The notes below the pieces were generated by a model that worked only from the letters and a program-made list of their open reading frames with translations, was not told the DNA's origin and made no database searches. A DNA stretch of 64,000 nucleotides from NCBI GenBank assembly GCA_965248925.1, contig CBDFLE010000006.1, forward strand, positions 2,208,001-2,272,000. The letters are read 5' to 3'. This document shows, one piece after another, positions 1-10,370 of the stretch. Numbering within the stretch: position 1 is the stretch's first letter; each line of letters begins with the position of its first letter. A program made the translations under genes and the position numbers. This DNA is from Candidatus Multivoradales bacterium (GTDB lineage: Bacteria; Acidobacteriota; Thermoanaerobaculia; Multivoradales; J023).

Positions 1-1288
1 CCTTGACCACTGTCTCACCGCCGACGATCACTTGCCGCACAACTGAGCGGTTACCGGAAAAAATCCAACTGTCGAGCCAGGCATCGCCGTGGCTCGCCGC
101 GAGCAGCGGATGTTGGCTGTCGAGCTGCACCAGATCGGCCCGATAGCCGGGCGCGATGCAGCCGATCGGCCGGCCACAGGCTTGGGCTCCCGCCGCCAAG
201 ACTCGTTGCAACAGGCTACGAGCGGTGGAACGGTCGCAGCCGCCCGCCAAGATATTGCGGCCCTGGTGGCGCAAGCGCTGGCCATACTCCAGCCAGCGCA
301 ATTCTTCGACCGGACTGGTGGAGATATGGCTGTCGGAACCAATGCCCAGCCGACCACCGGCGCGCAGAAAATCGACCGCCCGAAAGACCCCGTCTCCCAG
401 ATTCGCTTCGGTCGTCGGGCACAGGCCGGCGACCGCACCGCTCGCCGCCAATGCCGCCAGCTCACCATCGTCGAGGTGGGTAGCGTGGATCAAACACCAG
501 CGCTGATCGACCGCAGCTCGATCAAATAACCACTGCGCCGGACGCTGGCCGCTCCAAACCAGGCAGTCCTCGACTTCGCGCACTTGCTCGGCAACATGGA
601 TGTGCACCGGCCCTCGCTCACCCCAGGCAGCCAGCACCTCGCTCAGCAATTCGGCACCGACCGCCCGCAGCGAATGGGGAGCGATGCCGACCGCGAGCTG
701 GCCGTCGACTTCACTCCGCAACCGTTCGACGATGCGCAGAAAGCCCTCGGCTTGGTTGATAAACCGGCGTTGGCCATCGTCTGCCGGACGGCCGCCAAAA
801 CCGCCGTCGTGGTAGAGCACCGGTAGAAGGGTGAGGCCGATGCCAACCTGGCGAGCGGCAGCCAAACAGCGCAGCGACAGCTCGGCGCGCTCAGCGTAGG
901 GCCGGCCAGCAATATCGTGGTGTAGGTATTGAAACTCCCCCACCGTGGTGTAGCCCGCTTCGAGCAGCTCGACATAGAGCTGGGCGGCAACCGCCTCGAG
1001 CTGATCCGGGGTGATGCGCAGCACGTTGCGGTACATCACTTCACGCCAAGTCCAGAAGGAATCCGCGACCCGACCTGAACGCTCGGCCAGGCCGGCCATC
1101 GCTCGCTGGTGGGCGTGGGAATGCAAGTTGGGCACGCCGGGCAAGACACAGCCGCTCAACCGCTCATCGCCCACGGCCTCGGCCCCGGCCTTCATCGTGG
1201 TGATGTAGCCATCGTCGCCAATCTCGATCTGCACCGCTTGCAGCCACTCACTGCCAGTGAAGAGATCGTCGATGTAGATCCTACGCAT
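1..1288 (-). CDS. hutF: Formimidoylglutamate deiminase (3' end runs off the window)
   Basis: Not in the ORF track. Manual translation from ATG 1288 gives MRRIYIDDLFTGSEW...PGVPNLHSHAHQRAMAGLAE...DSFWTWREVMY, the HutF amidohydrolase signature; divergent from hutI. Confidence 0.9.
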   Translation of the reverse strand, partial: MRRIYIDDLFTGSEWLQAVQIEIGDDGYITTMKAGAEAVGDERLSGCVLPGVPNLHSHAHQRAMAGLAERSGRVADSFWTWREVMYRNVLRITPDQLEAVAAQLYVELLEAGYTTVGEFQYLHHDIAGRPYAERAELSLRCLAAARQVGIGLTLLPVLYHDGGFGGRPADDGQRRFINQAEGFLRIVERLRSEVDGQLAVGIAPHSLRAVGAELLSEVLAAWGERGPVHIHVAEQVREVEDCLVWSGQRPAQWLFDRAAVDQRWCLIHATHLDDGELAALAASGAVAGLCPTTEANLGDGVFRAVDFLRAGGRLGIGSDSHISTSPVEELRWLEYGQRLRHQGRNILAGGCDRSTARSLLQRVLAAGAQACGRPIGCIAPGYRADLVQLDSQHPLLAASHGDAWLDSWIFSGNRSVVRQVIVGGETVVK

Positions 1289-1341
1289 GGTGCGCCAAAG
1301 AGATGCCCTCGGGGGTTGATTTGCAGCGCTCTTGATCCTAA

Positions 1342-1355
1342 CCTGTATATACAAG
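1342..1355. promoter_or_regulatory. HutC operator palindrome CCTGTATATACAAG
   Basis: TGTATATACA at 1344-1353 matches the TGTA-N2-TACA HutC consensus and lies between divergent hutF and hutI, with hutC in the cluster. Confidence 0.85.
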
Positions 1356-1420
1356 TCTAGGCGACCACCAATGGGGCGCGCAATGCCGATCTCGCCGCGA
1401 CTCGATGGAGACTCCCACCG

Positions 1421-2674
1421 ATGATCCCGCAACCTCAACTGCTGATCTTGCGCCATGCCCGGCTGGCCACCCTGGCAGCGACTGCCGACGATGGCTACGG
1501 CTTGATCGAAGACGCAGCCTTGGTGGCGGATAAGGGTCGTATCGTCTGGCTCGGCGCCGACCAGCAGCTGCCGGCTGACTTCTCCGCCGAACTCGAAATC
1601 GACGCCGAGGGCCGACTGCTGACCCCGGGACTGATCGACTGCCACACCCACTTGGTGTGGGGTGGGGATCGAGTGCGGGAATTCGAGCAGCGCCTCGAAG
1701 GGGTCTCGTATCAGGAGATCGCCCGCCAAGGTGGCGGTATCGTCTCCACGGTTCGCGCCACCCGGAAGGCTAGTGACCAAGAACTCTACGGCGCTGCCGA
1801 GCGGCGCCTCGGCCGGCTGGCCGCCGATGGGGTGACCACGGTGGAGGTCAAGTCGGGCTACGGTCTCGATACCGCGACTGAACGCCGCCTCTTGCAGGTC
1901 GCCAGACGGCTGGGTCGCGAGCAGCCGATGCGGGTCCACACCACCTTTCTCGGTGCTCACGCGGTGCCACCGGAATTGACCGGCCGGGACGATGACTACA
2001 TCGAGATGGTCTGTAGAGACATGCTGCCACGGATCGCCGCCGAGGGCTTGGCTGACGCGGTCGATGGATTCTGCGAGGGCATCGCCTTCTCGCCGGCACA
2101 GATCGAGCGGGTGTTTCAGGTCGCTCGGGGTCTCGGCTTGCCGGTCAAACTGCACGCCGAGCAGCTCAGCTGCCTGGGCGGTGCCGCCTTGGCGGCCCGC
2201 TACGGCGCCCTGTCGGTCGATCATCTGGAGTATTTGGACGAAGTCGGCGTTCGCGCCCTGGCCGACACGGGCACGGTGGCGGTGCTGCTGCCTGGCGCCT
2301 TCTACTTCTTGCACGAGACCCAACTCCCGCCGGTGGAGCTACTGCGCCGCCATGGAGTGCCGATCGCCGTTGCCACCGATCTCAATCCGGGCAGTTCGCC
2401 GATCAGTTCGCTGCTGGTAGCGATGAACATGGCTGCGGTGCTCTTCGCCCTGACCCCCGCCGAAGTGCTTGCCGCGGTCACTCGCCATGCTGCCCGTGCC
2501 TTGGGAGTCGCTGCTCGGCTCGGCACGCTGGAAGTGGGCAAAGAAGCCGACCTGGCATTGTGGAACGTCGCCGAACCCGCCGCGCTGGTCGCCAATCTGG
2601 GGCAATCGCCGTTGGCCACTCGTTTTCTCGCCGGCCGACCGAGCACCGTAGAACCCGGTAAGGCGTGGCGATGA
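1421..2674 (+). CDS. hutI: Imidazolonepropionase
   Basis: [34 protein letters not shown] motifs. Confidence 0.95.
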   Translation: MIPQPQLLILRHARLATLAATADDGYGLIEDAALVADKGRIVWLGADQQLPADFSAELEIDAEGRLLTPGLIDCHTHLVWGGDRVREFEQRLEGVSYQEIARQGGGIVSTVRATRKASDQELYGAAERRLGRLAADGVTTVEVKSGYGLDTATERRLLQVARRLGREQPMRVHTTFLGAHAVPPELTGRDDDYIEMVCRDMLPRIAAEGLADAVDGFCEGIAFSPAQIERVFQVARGLGLPVKLHAEQLSCLGGAALAARYGALSVDHLEYLDEVGVRALADTGTVAVLLPGAFYFLHETQLPPVELLRRHGVPIAVATDLNPGSSPISSLLVAMNMAAVLFALTPAEVLAAVTRHAARALGVAARLGTLEVGKEADLALWNVAEPAALVANLGQSPLATRFLAGRPSTVEPGKAWR

Positions 2675-3486
2675 GCAGCCACTCGAAGCCGGCGCTGGTC
2701 CGCCACCGCTCACCGACACCTTTGTACCAGCAAGTCAAAGATCACATCCTCGACAACATCTCGAGCGGCAGCTGGCTGCCTGGGCGCCGGATACCGTCTG
2801 AGAACCAGCTGGTGCGACAACTCGGTTGTAGCCGAATGACCATCAATCGTGCGCTGCGCGAACTTGCCCAGGAGGGCCACCTGCAACGCTTGGCCGGGGT
2901 GGGTAGCTTCGTTGCCGAACCACCGCGCCACGCCAGCCTGATCGAACTGCACAACATCGCCGAAGAGATTCGCGATCAAGGGAGCGAACACAGCGCGGTC
3001 TTGACCTGGCGCCAGCGCGAACCGGTGCCGGCCGAGATCGCCGAGCGCCTCGAGGTCGAAACTGGGCACGAGGTTTTTCACCTCACCCTGGTGCATCGAC
3101 GCGACCAACTACCGATTCAGCTCGAAGACCGCTGGGTGGAGCCCGAGCAGGTGCCGGACTTCCTCGACCAGGACTTCTCGACCACCACCCCCTCAGAGCA
3201 CCTGTTGCGCTCGATCCGCCCCGACGAGATGGAGCACATCGTCGGCGCCGTGCTGCCCGACGCCACCACTTGCGAGCTGCTCGCCATTCCGACCGATGAG
3301 CCTTGTCTGCGCTTGCAGCGGCGGACCTGGAATGGCGGCCGGGTGGTGACCTATGCTGTGTTGACCTACCCCAGTTCGCGCTACGACCTGGGCGCCCGCT
3401 ACGACCTTGGCGTGCAGCGGGCCAATAACGACATTTCCCTGCTGCCCGGCGGCTATCGGCGCAAACCGATGACCCCCCGCGGCTGA
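2671..3486 (+). CDS. hutC: Histidine utilisation repressor (GntR HTH + UTRA)
   Basis: PLYQQVK...IPSENQL...SRMTINRAL; ATGA overlap with the hutI stop. Confidence 0.92.
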   Translation: MSSHSKPALVRHRSPTPLYQQVKDHILDNISSGSWLPGRRIPSENQLVRQLGCSRMTINRALRELAQEGHLQRLAGVGSFVAEPPRHASLIELHNIAEEIRDQGSEHSAVLTWRQREPVPAEIAERLEVETGHEVFHLTLVHRRDQLPIQLEDRWVEPEQVPDFLDQDFSTTTPSEHLLRSIRPDEMEHIVGAVLPDATTCELLAIPTDEPCLRLQRRTWNGGRVVTYAVLTYPSSRYDLGARYDLGVQRANNDISLLPGGYRRKPMTPRG

Positions 3487-3514
3487 CCCTCGATCTCGCC
3501 ACGGAGAGCCGACA

Positions 3515-5200
3515 ATGAACGAGCAGAGCCATCCCCGTTTCGATCCCAGCCGCCGCCTGCGCGCCCCCCGTGGACCTGAGTTGAGCTGCAAGAGCTGGCT
3601 CACCGAGGCGCCGCTGCGGATGTTGTACAACAACCTCGACGCGGAAGTCGCCGAGCGCCCCGAAGAGCTGGTGGTCTACGGCGGCAGCGGCCGCGCAGCG
3701 CGCGACTGGCAGAGCTTCGACGCCATCGTCGCCACCCTGCGCCGGCTGGAGGACGATCAAACGCTGCTGGTCCAATCGGGCAAGCCGGTCGGTGTTTTCC
3801 AAACCCATGTCGACGCGCCGCGGGTGCTGATCGCCAATTCCAATCTGGTGCCAGCCTGGTCCAGCTGGGGACACTTCAACGAGCTCGACCGCAAGGGTCT
3901 GATGATGTACGGCCAGATGACCGCCGGCTCATGGATTTACATCGGCAGCCAAGGCATCGTCCAAGGCACCTATGAGACCTTCGTCGAGATGGGTCGGCAG
4001 CACTTCGGCGGTGAGCTGGCCGGGCGCTGGATTCTCACCGCCGGCCTTGGCGGTATGGGCGGTGCCCAACCCTTGGCGGCGACCCTTGCGGGGGCCTCGA
4101 TGCTGGCAATCGAATGCGATGAGAGCCGCATCGATTTCCGCCTGCGCACCGGCTATATCGACCGCAAGACGGCAGATCTAGACCAGGCACTGAGCTGGAT
4201 GGAGCAAGCATCAGCCGACCGCCAAGCATTGTCGGTGGGCCTGCTGGGCAACGCCGCCGAGCTGCTGCCCGAGCTGGTGCGCCGCGGCGTGCGCCCCGAC
4301 GCCGTCACCGACCAGACCTCGGCCCACGATCCGCTGCACGGCTACTTGCCCAGAGGCTGGACAGTCGATGAATGGCGCGCCAAGCAGCAGAGCGCGCCGC
4401 AAGCAGTGGCCGCGGCAGCCAAGCAGTCGATGGCCGAACACGTTCGCGCTATGCTCGCCTTCCACCACCAGGGCATCCCGACCTTCGACTACGGCAACAA
4501 CATTCGCCAGGTGGCCAAAGATCAGGGAGTCACCGACGCCTTCGACTTCCCGGGTTTCGTTCCAGCCTACATTCGGCCGTTGTTCTGCCGTGGCGTTGGC
4601 CCCTTTCGTTGGGCGGCGCTGTCGGGCAATCCAGAAGACATCTACAAGACCGACGCCAAGGTTAAAGAGCTGATCCCCGACGATCCGCACCTGCACAATT
4701 GGCTCGACATGGCGCGCGAGAAGATCAGCTTCCAGGGCCTGCCGTCGCGCATCTGCTGGGTCGGCCTCGGCCAACGCCACCGACTCGGCCTGGCTTTCAA
4801 CGAGATGGTGCGCTCAGGTGAACTCGAGGCGCCGGTAGTGATCGGCCGCGACCACCTCGACTCAGGCTCCGTAGCCAGCCCCAACCGCGAGACTGAAGCC
4901 ATGCTCGACGGCTCCGACGCGGTCTCCGACTGGCCGATCCTCAATGCCTTGCTGAGCACCTCGAGCGGCGCCACCTGGGTGTCCTTCCACCACGGCGGCG
5001 GCGTCGGCATGGGCTACTCCCAACACGCCGGCCTGGTGATCTGCTGCGACGGCACCGAGGCCGCCGACCGCCGCCTCGAGAGGGTGCTGTGGAACGATCC
5101 CGCCAGCGGCGTCATGCGCCACGCCGACGCTGGCTACGACAGCGCCAAGCAGTGCGCCAAAGAGAACGGGCTCGATCTGCCGGGGATTGACTTGAGGTGA
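3515..5200 (+). CDS. hutU: Urocanate hydratase
   Basis: [49 protein letters not shown] motifs. Confidence 0.97.
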   Translation: MNEQSHPRFDPSRRLRAPRGPELSCKSWLTEAPLRMLYNNLDAEVAERPEELVVYGGSGRAARDWQSFDAIVATLRRLEDDQTLLVQSGKPVGVFQTHVDAPRVLIANSNLVPAWSSWGHFNELDRKGLMMYGQMTAGSWIYIGSQGIVQGTYETFVEMGRQHFGGELAGRWILTAGLGGMGGAQPLAATLAGASMLAIECDESRIDFRLRTGYIDRKTADLDQALSWMEQASADRQALSVGLLGNAAELLPELVRRGVRPDAVTDQTSAHDPLHGYLPRGWTVDEWRAKQQSAPQAVAAAAKQSMAEHVRAMLAFHHQGIPTFDYGNNIRQVAKDQGVTDAFDFPGFVPAYIRPLFCRGVGPFRWAALSGNPEDIYKTDAKVKELIPDDPHLHNWLDMAREKISFQGLPSRICWVGLGQRHRLGLAFNEMVRSGELEAPVVIGRDHLDSGSVASPNRETEAMLDGSDAVSDWPILNALLSTSSGATWVSFHHGGGVGMGYSQHAGLVICCDGTEAADRRLERVLWNDPASGVMRHADAGYDSAKQCAKENGLDLPGIDLR

Positions 5201-5254
5201 GGGGCTGGTGCTTCCGAGCCAGCAGCTTCAACAACTTTTAATAACGAAAGCTCC

Positions 5255-5284
5255 TATTAAGACTTTGGCCTCTAAGTCTTAATA
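5255..5284. repeat. AT-rich perfect inverted repeat (11-bp arms, 8-bp spacer)
   Basis: TATTAAGACTT-TGGCCTCT-AAGTCTTAATA between convergent genes. Confidence 0.85.
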
Positions 5285-5349
5285 AGATAGCGTATATTAG
5301 ACTATAAAACTTCACCAATAATCTGGTCGGCTAACGTCCTAGGCTCTTT

Positions 5350-5562
5350 TCAGCCACCACCCATGGCAGCCTTCCCTTCCTCGTCACACAGGACGCAGTC
5401 CAATAGCATCCCCAGCCGTGCTCTACGTCCGGCTTCACTGAGCACCCACGGCCGGGGGAAGAAGGGCGGGTCGTGGCGGGTGTGCTGTGGGTGACCGCAC
5501 TCCAGATCGGCGACCCAATGCTGGTGCTCATCTTGGTGAAAATCGATGATTCGGCGTTGCAT
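5350..5562 (-). CDS. DUF3565-like small protein
   Basis: FHQDEHQHWVADLECGHPQHTRHDPP..RPWV...LDCVLCD pattern. Confidence 0.8.
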   Translation of the reverse strand: MQRRIIDFHQDEHQHWVADLECGHPQHTRHDPPFFPRPWVLSEAGRRARLGMLLDCVLCDEEGKAAMGGG

Positions 5563-5623
5563 GGCCTAGATTGTAGGCCGACGACGACTCGGCGGACACT
5601 CAGCAGGCTAAGATCCACCGCCA

Positions 5624-6601
5624 ATGCCCCCTTCGACCACCTCATCGGCCTCTCTAGCACCGCCCGAGCTTTCGGCAGTGGTGGTGCATTGGCGCAATGA
5701 GCTGGAACTCGACGAGCTGATCGACCGCTGGCCGGAGGATCGCCGCTTCGAGTTGCTGGTGGTGGACAACAGCCGCAGCCTGAGGGAGTTGGCACCACCG
5801 GCGCAGCTGCTGCGACCGACGCGCAACCTGGGTTTCGCCGGTGGCGTCAATCGTGGCTGGCATGAAGCCCGTGGGCAGGTCATAGTTTTGCTCAATCCCG
5901 ACGCCTGGCCCGAAACCGAGGCCCTCGACCAGCTGCTCGAAGGATTCGCCAAATATCCGGCGGCGGCAGGGGTGGTGCCGGCGCTGATCGGCCTCGACGG
6001 CGGCTCGCAACACGCTTGGCAGCTGCGCACTCTGCCCTCACCATGGAAACTGCTGGCCCAGACCCTACTGCTGCCGACCGGAGATGGCTCGCCACAGATG
6101 CCGCCCGCCGGCAGTGTGATTGAGCAACCCGCCGCCGCCGCCCTGGCCTTGAGGCGCAGCGCCTTGGAGTCGATCGGCGGGCTCGACGAGGGCTTCTTTC
6201 CGGCCTGGTTCGAAGACGTCGACCTCGCCCAACGACTGCGCCAAGTCGGCTTAGAACTTCGCTACCACCCGGCGGCGCGCTTCGTACACGGCCTTGGTCG
6301 CAGCGTGCCGCAGCTCGGCTACGGGCCGTTTCTTTGGGTCTACTACCGCAATCTGGTGCGCTACCTGCGCCTCTACCACGGCTCGGTCTGGGCGTTGCTG
6401 GCCCGCCTTTGCTTGCCCTGCGGCCTGGCCCTGCGCCTGACCCTGCTGCCCCTGCGACGACCGCGCCGGGCTGCCAGTCGGGCTGCCGCCGCGGGCGGAC
6501 TGATGACCGCCCTGGGAGGCGCCCTCAGTGGCTGGCGCTGGCCATCAAGCCTCGCCAAACGCTTCGCACCCAGCACCAACGCGGCAGGAGAAGTGGAGTG
6601 A
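5624..6601 (+). CDS. Glycosyltransferase family 2
   Basis: VVDNS, NLGFAGGVN, LLNPD, GGLDEGFFPAWFEDVDL. Confidence 0.88.
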   Translation: MPPSTTSSASLAPPELSAVVVHWRNELELDELIDRWPEDRRFELLVVDNSRSLRELAPPAQLLRPTRNLGFAGGVNRGWHEARGQVIVLLNPDAWPETEALDQLLEGFAKYPAAAGVVPALIGLDGGSQHAWQLRTLPSPWKLLAQTLLLPTGDGSPQMPPAGSVIEQPAAAALALRRSALESIGGLDEGFFPAWFEDVDLAQRLRQVGLELRYHPAARFVHGLGRSVPQLGYGPFLWVYYRNLVRYLRLYHGSVWALLARLCLPCGLALRLTLLPLRRPRRAASRAAAAGGLMTALGGALSGWRWPSSLAKRFAPSTNAAGEVE

Positions 6602-7584
6602 GCGTCGCGGTTGCGGTGTGCATTGTCACTTACCGCTCAGCCGCCGATCTGCCGGGCTGTTTGGCGGCGATCGCCGAACTCGAGCATCGGCCGCTTGAAG
6701 TAGTGCTAGTGGACTGCGCCGGCGGCGACGACTGCACCGCCATCGCCAAGGCTTGGGAAGCCCCGGGAATTTGCAAGCAGTTGCTGGCGCTGGATCAGAA
6801 CTTGGGCTTCGCCGGAGGCATGAACACCGCTTTCGCTCAAACCGTGGCGCCATTTCTACTGACCCTCAACGCCGACGCCCGGCCCGAGCGGGACTATGTC
6901 TGCCGATTGCTGGCGGTCTTGCTGGCCGACCCCGACGCCGGCTGCGCCACCGGACGACTGCTGCGGCCGCCGGGCGCTGCAGAACAGAGGCTCGACGCCT
7001 GCGGCATGTTCTTGACCCGCAATTGGCGCCATTTCGACCGTGGCTCGGGCGAGCTGGACCACGGCCAATATGCCGCGCCCGAGCAGGTCTTCGGCGCCAC
7101 CGGCGCGGCAAGCCTGTTTCGCCGCGCGGCCCTCGACGATGTGGCGATCGAAGGCAATATCTTCGATCCCGACTTTCACTCCTTTCGCGAAGACGCAGAA
7201 CTCGCCTTTCGCTTGCAAGAGCGCCAGTGGCGGGTGCTCTACGAGCCGCGAGCACAGGCCGAGCACCGCCGTTTCAATCTACCGTCCAAACGCCGGCAGA
7301 TGCCGGCAGCGGTGAACTACCACTCGCTCAAGAACCGTTACTTGCTGCGCCTTTATCACCAAACAAGCGGCAATTTCTTGCGCACTCTGCTGCCGACCAC
7401 GACGCGCGATCTACTGGCGCTGGTCTATGTGGCGCTCTTCGAACGCAGCTCCTTCGCTGCCTATCGCTGGCTGTGGCGACACCGCCACACACTGGCTGCG
7501 CGGCGGCGGCTGATCCAGGCCCGCCGCAGCGCTGCCCCAGGTGTCGTCGAAGGCTGGTTTGGGCGCCGGAGCCTACCCCGATGA
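6598..7584 (+). CDS. Glycosyltransferase family 2
   Basis: GTG start overlapping the upstream stop; NLGFAGGMN, LNAD, FDPDFHSFREDAEL. Confidence 0.88.
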   Translation: MSVAVAVCIVTYRSAADLPGCLAAIAELEHRPLEVVLVDCAGGDDCTAIAKAWEAPGICKQLLALDQNLGFAGGMNTAFAQTVAPFLLTLNADARPERDYVCRLLAVLLADPDAGCATGRLLRPPGAAEQRLDACGMFLTRNWRHFDRGSGELDHGQYAAPEQVFGATGAASLFRRAALDDVAIEGNIFDPDFHSFREDAELAFRLQERQWRVLYEPRAQAEHRRFNLPSKRRQMPAAVNYHSLKNRYLLRLYHQTSGNFLRTLLPTTTRDLLALVYVALFERSSFAAYRWLWRHRHTLAARRRLIQARRSAAPGVVEGWFGRRSLPR

Positions 7585-8726
7585 GCACGGCAACCTCAGT
7601 GGCCTCGACGCTGCGCATCGCTCTGATCGGTAGCCGTGGGATTCCAGCTAACTACGGCGGCTATGAGACTTTCCTCGCCGAGCTGGCGCCGCGCCTGGTG
7701 CGCAAAGGCCACCAGGTGACGGTCTATTGCCGCGCCCATCACACGCCGCGCGACTTGCGGCAAGTTGACGGCGTGCGCCTGGTGGTGCTGCCGACGATCC
7801 GCAGCAAATACCTCGACACTCCGGTACACACCCTGCTGTCGTGCCTTGACAGCTGGAAACGCAGCTACGACGCGGCCCTGGTGGTGAATTCGGCCAACGC
7901 GGTCTTTGTGCCGCTGCTCCGTTTCAGCGGCACGCCGACCGCTCTACACGTTGATGGGATCGAGAAACAACGCGCCAAATGGGGTTGGTTGGGGCGCACC
8001 GTCTACAGTCTGTCGGAGCGCCTCGCCTGTCAGCTACCCAACCTGCTGGTGACCGATGCTCGGGTGATCGATGAGCACTACCGGCAACGCTACGGCAGGG
8101 ATTCGTGGATGATCGTTTACGGTTCCGAGCCGCGCCCCCCGGAGCATTGCGGAGTGCTCGCCGAGCTGGGCTTGAAGGCCGGCGACTATTTTCTCTATGT
8201 CAGCCGCTTCGAGCCGGAGAACAACCCCCATCGGGTAGTCGAGGCCTATCGCCAGGTGGGTGGAGAATTGCCCCTGGTGATGGTCGGCGACGCTCCCTAT
8301 GCCGAAGCCTTCATCGCTCAGGTACGGGCAGCCGCGGATTCTCGGGTGCTGTTCCCGGGAGCGATCTATGGCGATGGCTACCGTGAGCTGCAACAAGGCG
8401 CACTAGCCTACATCCACGCCACCGAAGTCGGCGGTACCCATCCTGCCCTGGTCGAGGCGATGGGCTACGGCAACTGCGTGCTGGTCAACGATGCGCCCGA
8501 GAACCGCGAAGTGGCAGGCGATTCAGCTCTGTACTTCCGCGCCACTGAGCCCACTACCCTGGCAGACCATCTAGAACAGGTTCGTAGCGATCCCGAGCAC
8601 GCCCGTCAACTCGGCCGACAGGCCGGCGACCGGGCCACCCGGCTGTTCTCGTGGGACGCGGTGTGTGATCGCTATGAAAAACTCTTCACCTGCCTGGCGG
8701 GCAGCACGCCGGAGATGGAGTCTTGA
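7581..8726 (+). CDS. Glycosyltransferase family 4 (DUF1972-type N-terminus)
   Basis: IGSRGIPANYGGYET, SRFEPENN, EVGGTHPALVEAMG; ATG 7581 inside the longer predicted ORF. Confidence 0.9.
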   Translation: MSTATSVASTLRIALIGSRGIPANYGGYETFLAELAPRLVRKGHQVTVYCRAHHTPRDLRQVDGVRLVVLPTIRSKYLDTPVHTLLSCLDSWKRSYDAALVVNSANAVFVPLLRFSGTPTALHVDGIEKQRAKWGWLGRTVYSLSERLACQLPNLLVTDARVIDEHYRQRYGRDSWMIVYGSEPRPPEHCGVLAELGLKAGDYFLYVSRFEPENNPHRVVEAYRQVGGELPLVMVGDAPYAEAFIAQVRAAADSRVLFPGAIYGDGYRELQQGALAYIHATEVGGTHPALVEAMGYGNCVLVNDAPENREVAGDSALYFRATEPTTLADHLEQVRSDPEHARQLGRQAGDRATRLFSWDAVCDRYEKLFTCLAGSTPEMES

Positions 8727-8751
8727 CGATCGAATGATGCTACTTTAGCAT
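8723..8751 (+). promoter_or_regulatory. Candidate sigma70 promoter for the sugar transferase
   Basis: TTGACG-N17-TAGCAT. Confidence 0.35.
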
Positions 8752-8877
8752 AACGAGCATTGACGGGATCCTATATAATCAAGTGCTACTCCAAGTCAAC
8801 GCACCCCACGTAGTGAAGTTGATGCGGAGTCCCCGCGAAGTCCACATGCAACCAACCTGGGAGTAGGCTGAGGAAAC

Positions 8878-10332
8878 ATGCTGAAGGAACGCGCACGCCT
8901 CTTGGCTTCGTCGATCTTCGTCGCCGACCTCAGCTTGGTAACGGTCGCGTTCTTGATCGCCCACTGGTGCCGCAGCCACCTTCTGCCGGCCCTCTGGCCA
9001 ACCCATTTCTCGACTCCCTTCTACCCGGTCGACCGTTATCTGCCATTGCTGCCCTTGGTGCTGTTGATCTGGGGAGCGCTGCTACTCACCGTCGGCAGCT
9101 ATCGCTCACATCGCACCGTGCCGCTGGTCAAGGAAGCCAGTGAGGTGGTCCAGGTTTGCTTGTCGGGCCTGGCCTTGCTGACGCTGATGATCTTCGCCTT
9201 TCGCCTCGACCAGCGGTTGCTCGGTGACGACCAGATCAGCCGACCATGGATCTTGCTGCTGGCACTGATCGCCGGACTGCTGCTGCTGACCGAGAAACTG
9301 GCGCTGCGCACCCTGTCGCGCTACGTCCGCTATCGCGGCTTCAACTACCGCACGGTGTTGATCGTCGGCACCCACTCGGGCGCCATCGACCTCGCCAACT
9401 CGATCGTCGACCACCGCTATTGGGGCTACAAGATCCTCGGCTTCGTCTCTCATCCGCAGAGCAACATCGGTACATTTCCTGAGCGCTACAAACTGCTCGG
9501 CACTATCGACGACATCCCCCGGCTGGTGGACGAGAATCCGGTGGACGATGTACTTTTCTGTGTCAGCCGACGTGATCTCGACCAGATGGAGAACCTCTTC
9601 TTGCTGCTGCACGAGCAGGGAGTCATCACCCGCTTCGCGCTCCATTTGTTCCCGCACACCAAAGCGACGGTGCGCATGGAAGAACTCGATGGCGTGCCGC
9701 TACTGACTTTCTCGACCGCACCTTTGAGCCCGATTCCTCTGTTCATAAAACGCGGCCTCGATGTCTCGATGTCGATACTGCTGCTGATGTTGTCGCTGCC
9801 GGCGGTGGCGATGATCGCCTCGTTGATCAAGCTCACCTCCAGTGGCCGGGTGCTCTACCGCCAAACCCGCTGCGGGCTCAACGGCCGCCGCTTCACCCTG
9901 TACAAGTTCCGCACCATGGTTGAAGACGCCGAAGCGCGACAAAGTGAGCTGCTGCACCTGAACGAGATGGACGGCCCGGTATTTAAGCTGCGGCAGGATC
10001 CACGGGTGACCAATTTCGGCCGCTTTCTACGCAAGTTCAGCCTCGACGAGCTGCCCCAACTGTGGAATGTCCTCCGCGGCGACATGAGTTTGGTGGGGCC
10101 AAGACCGCCAATTCCTGACGAGGTGTCCCAATACCAGCGCTGGCAACGCCGCCGCTTGTCGATGAAACCAGGTTTGACCTGCCTGTGGCAGATCAGCGGT
10201 CGCAATCAACTGGATTTCAATCGCTGGATCGAACTCGATCTTGAGTACATCGACTCTTGGTCACCCTGGTTGGACCTCAAGATCCTGCTTAAGACCGTTC
10301 CCGCAGTGCTCTCTGGACGCGGCGCCTCCTGA
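8878..10332 (+). CDS. Polyprenyl glycosylphosphotransferase (WcaJ/WbaP-like)
   Basis: N-terminal TM helices; KFRTM, DPRVT, RKFSLDELPQLWNV, MSLVGPRP, KPGLT. Confidence 0.93.
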   Translation: MLKERARLLASSIFVADLSLVTVAFLIAHWCRSHLLPALWPTHFSTPFYPVDRYLPLLPLVLLIWGALLLTVGSYRSHRTVPLVKEASEVVQVCLSGLALLTLMIFAFRLDQRLLGDDQISRPWILLLALIAGLLLLTEKLALRTLSRYVRYRGFNYRTVLIVGTHSGAIDLANSIVDHRYWGYKILGFVSHPQSNIGTFPERYKLLGTIDDIPRLVDENPVDDVLFCVSRRDLDQMENLFLLLHEQGVITRFALHLFPHTKATVRMEELDGVPLLTFSTAPLSPIPLFIKRGLDVSMSILLLMLSLPAVAMIASLIKLTSSGRVLYRQTRCGLNGRRFTLYKFRTMVEDAEARQSELLHLNEMDGPVFKLRQDPRVTNFGRFLRKFSLDELPQLWNVLRGDMSLVGPRPPIPDEVSQYQRWQRRRLSMKPGLTCLWQISGRNQLDFNRWIELDLEYIDSWSPWLDLKILLKTVPAVLSGRGAS

Positions 10333-10370
10333 AGGTGCCGAACGCCCAACATGCTAAAGTTAGCGGCCGA

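Noticed and set aside
6753-7580. N-terminal extension of the 657-aa ORF
   Set aside because: Overlaps the second GT2 gene in another frame; the GT4 domain starts at ATG 7581
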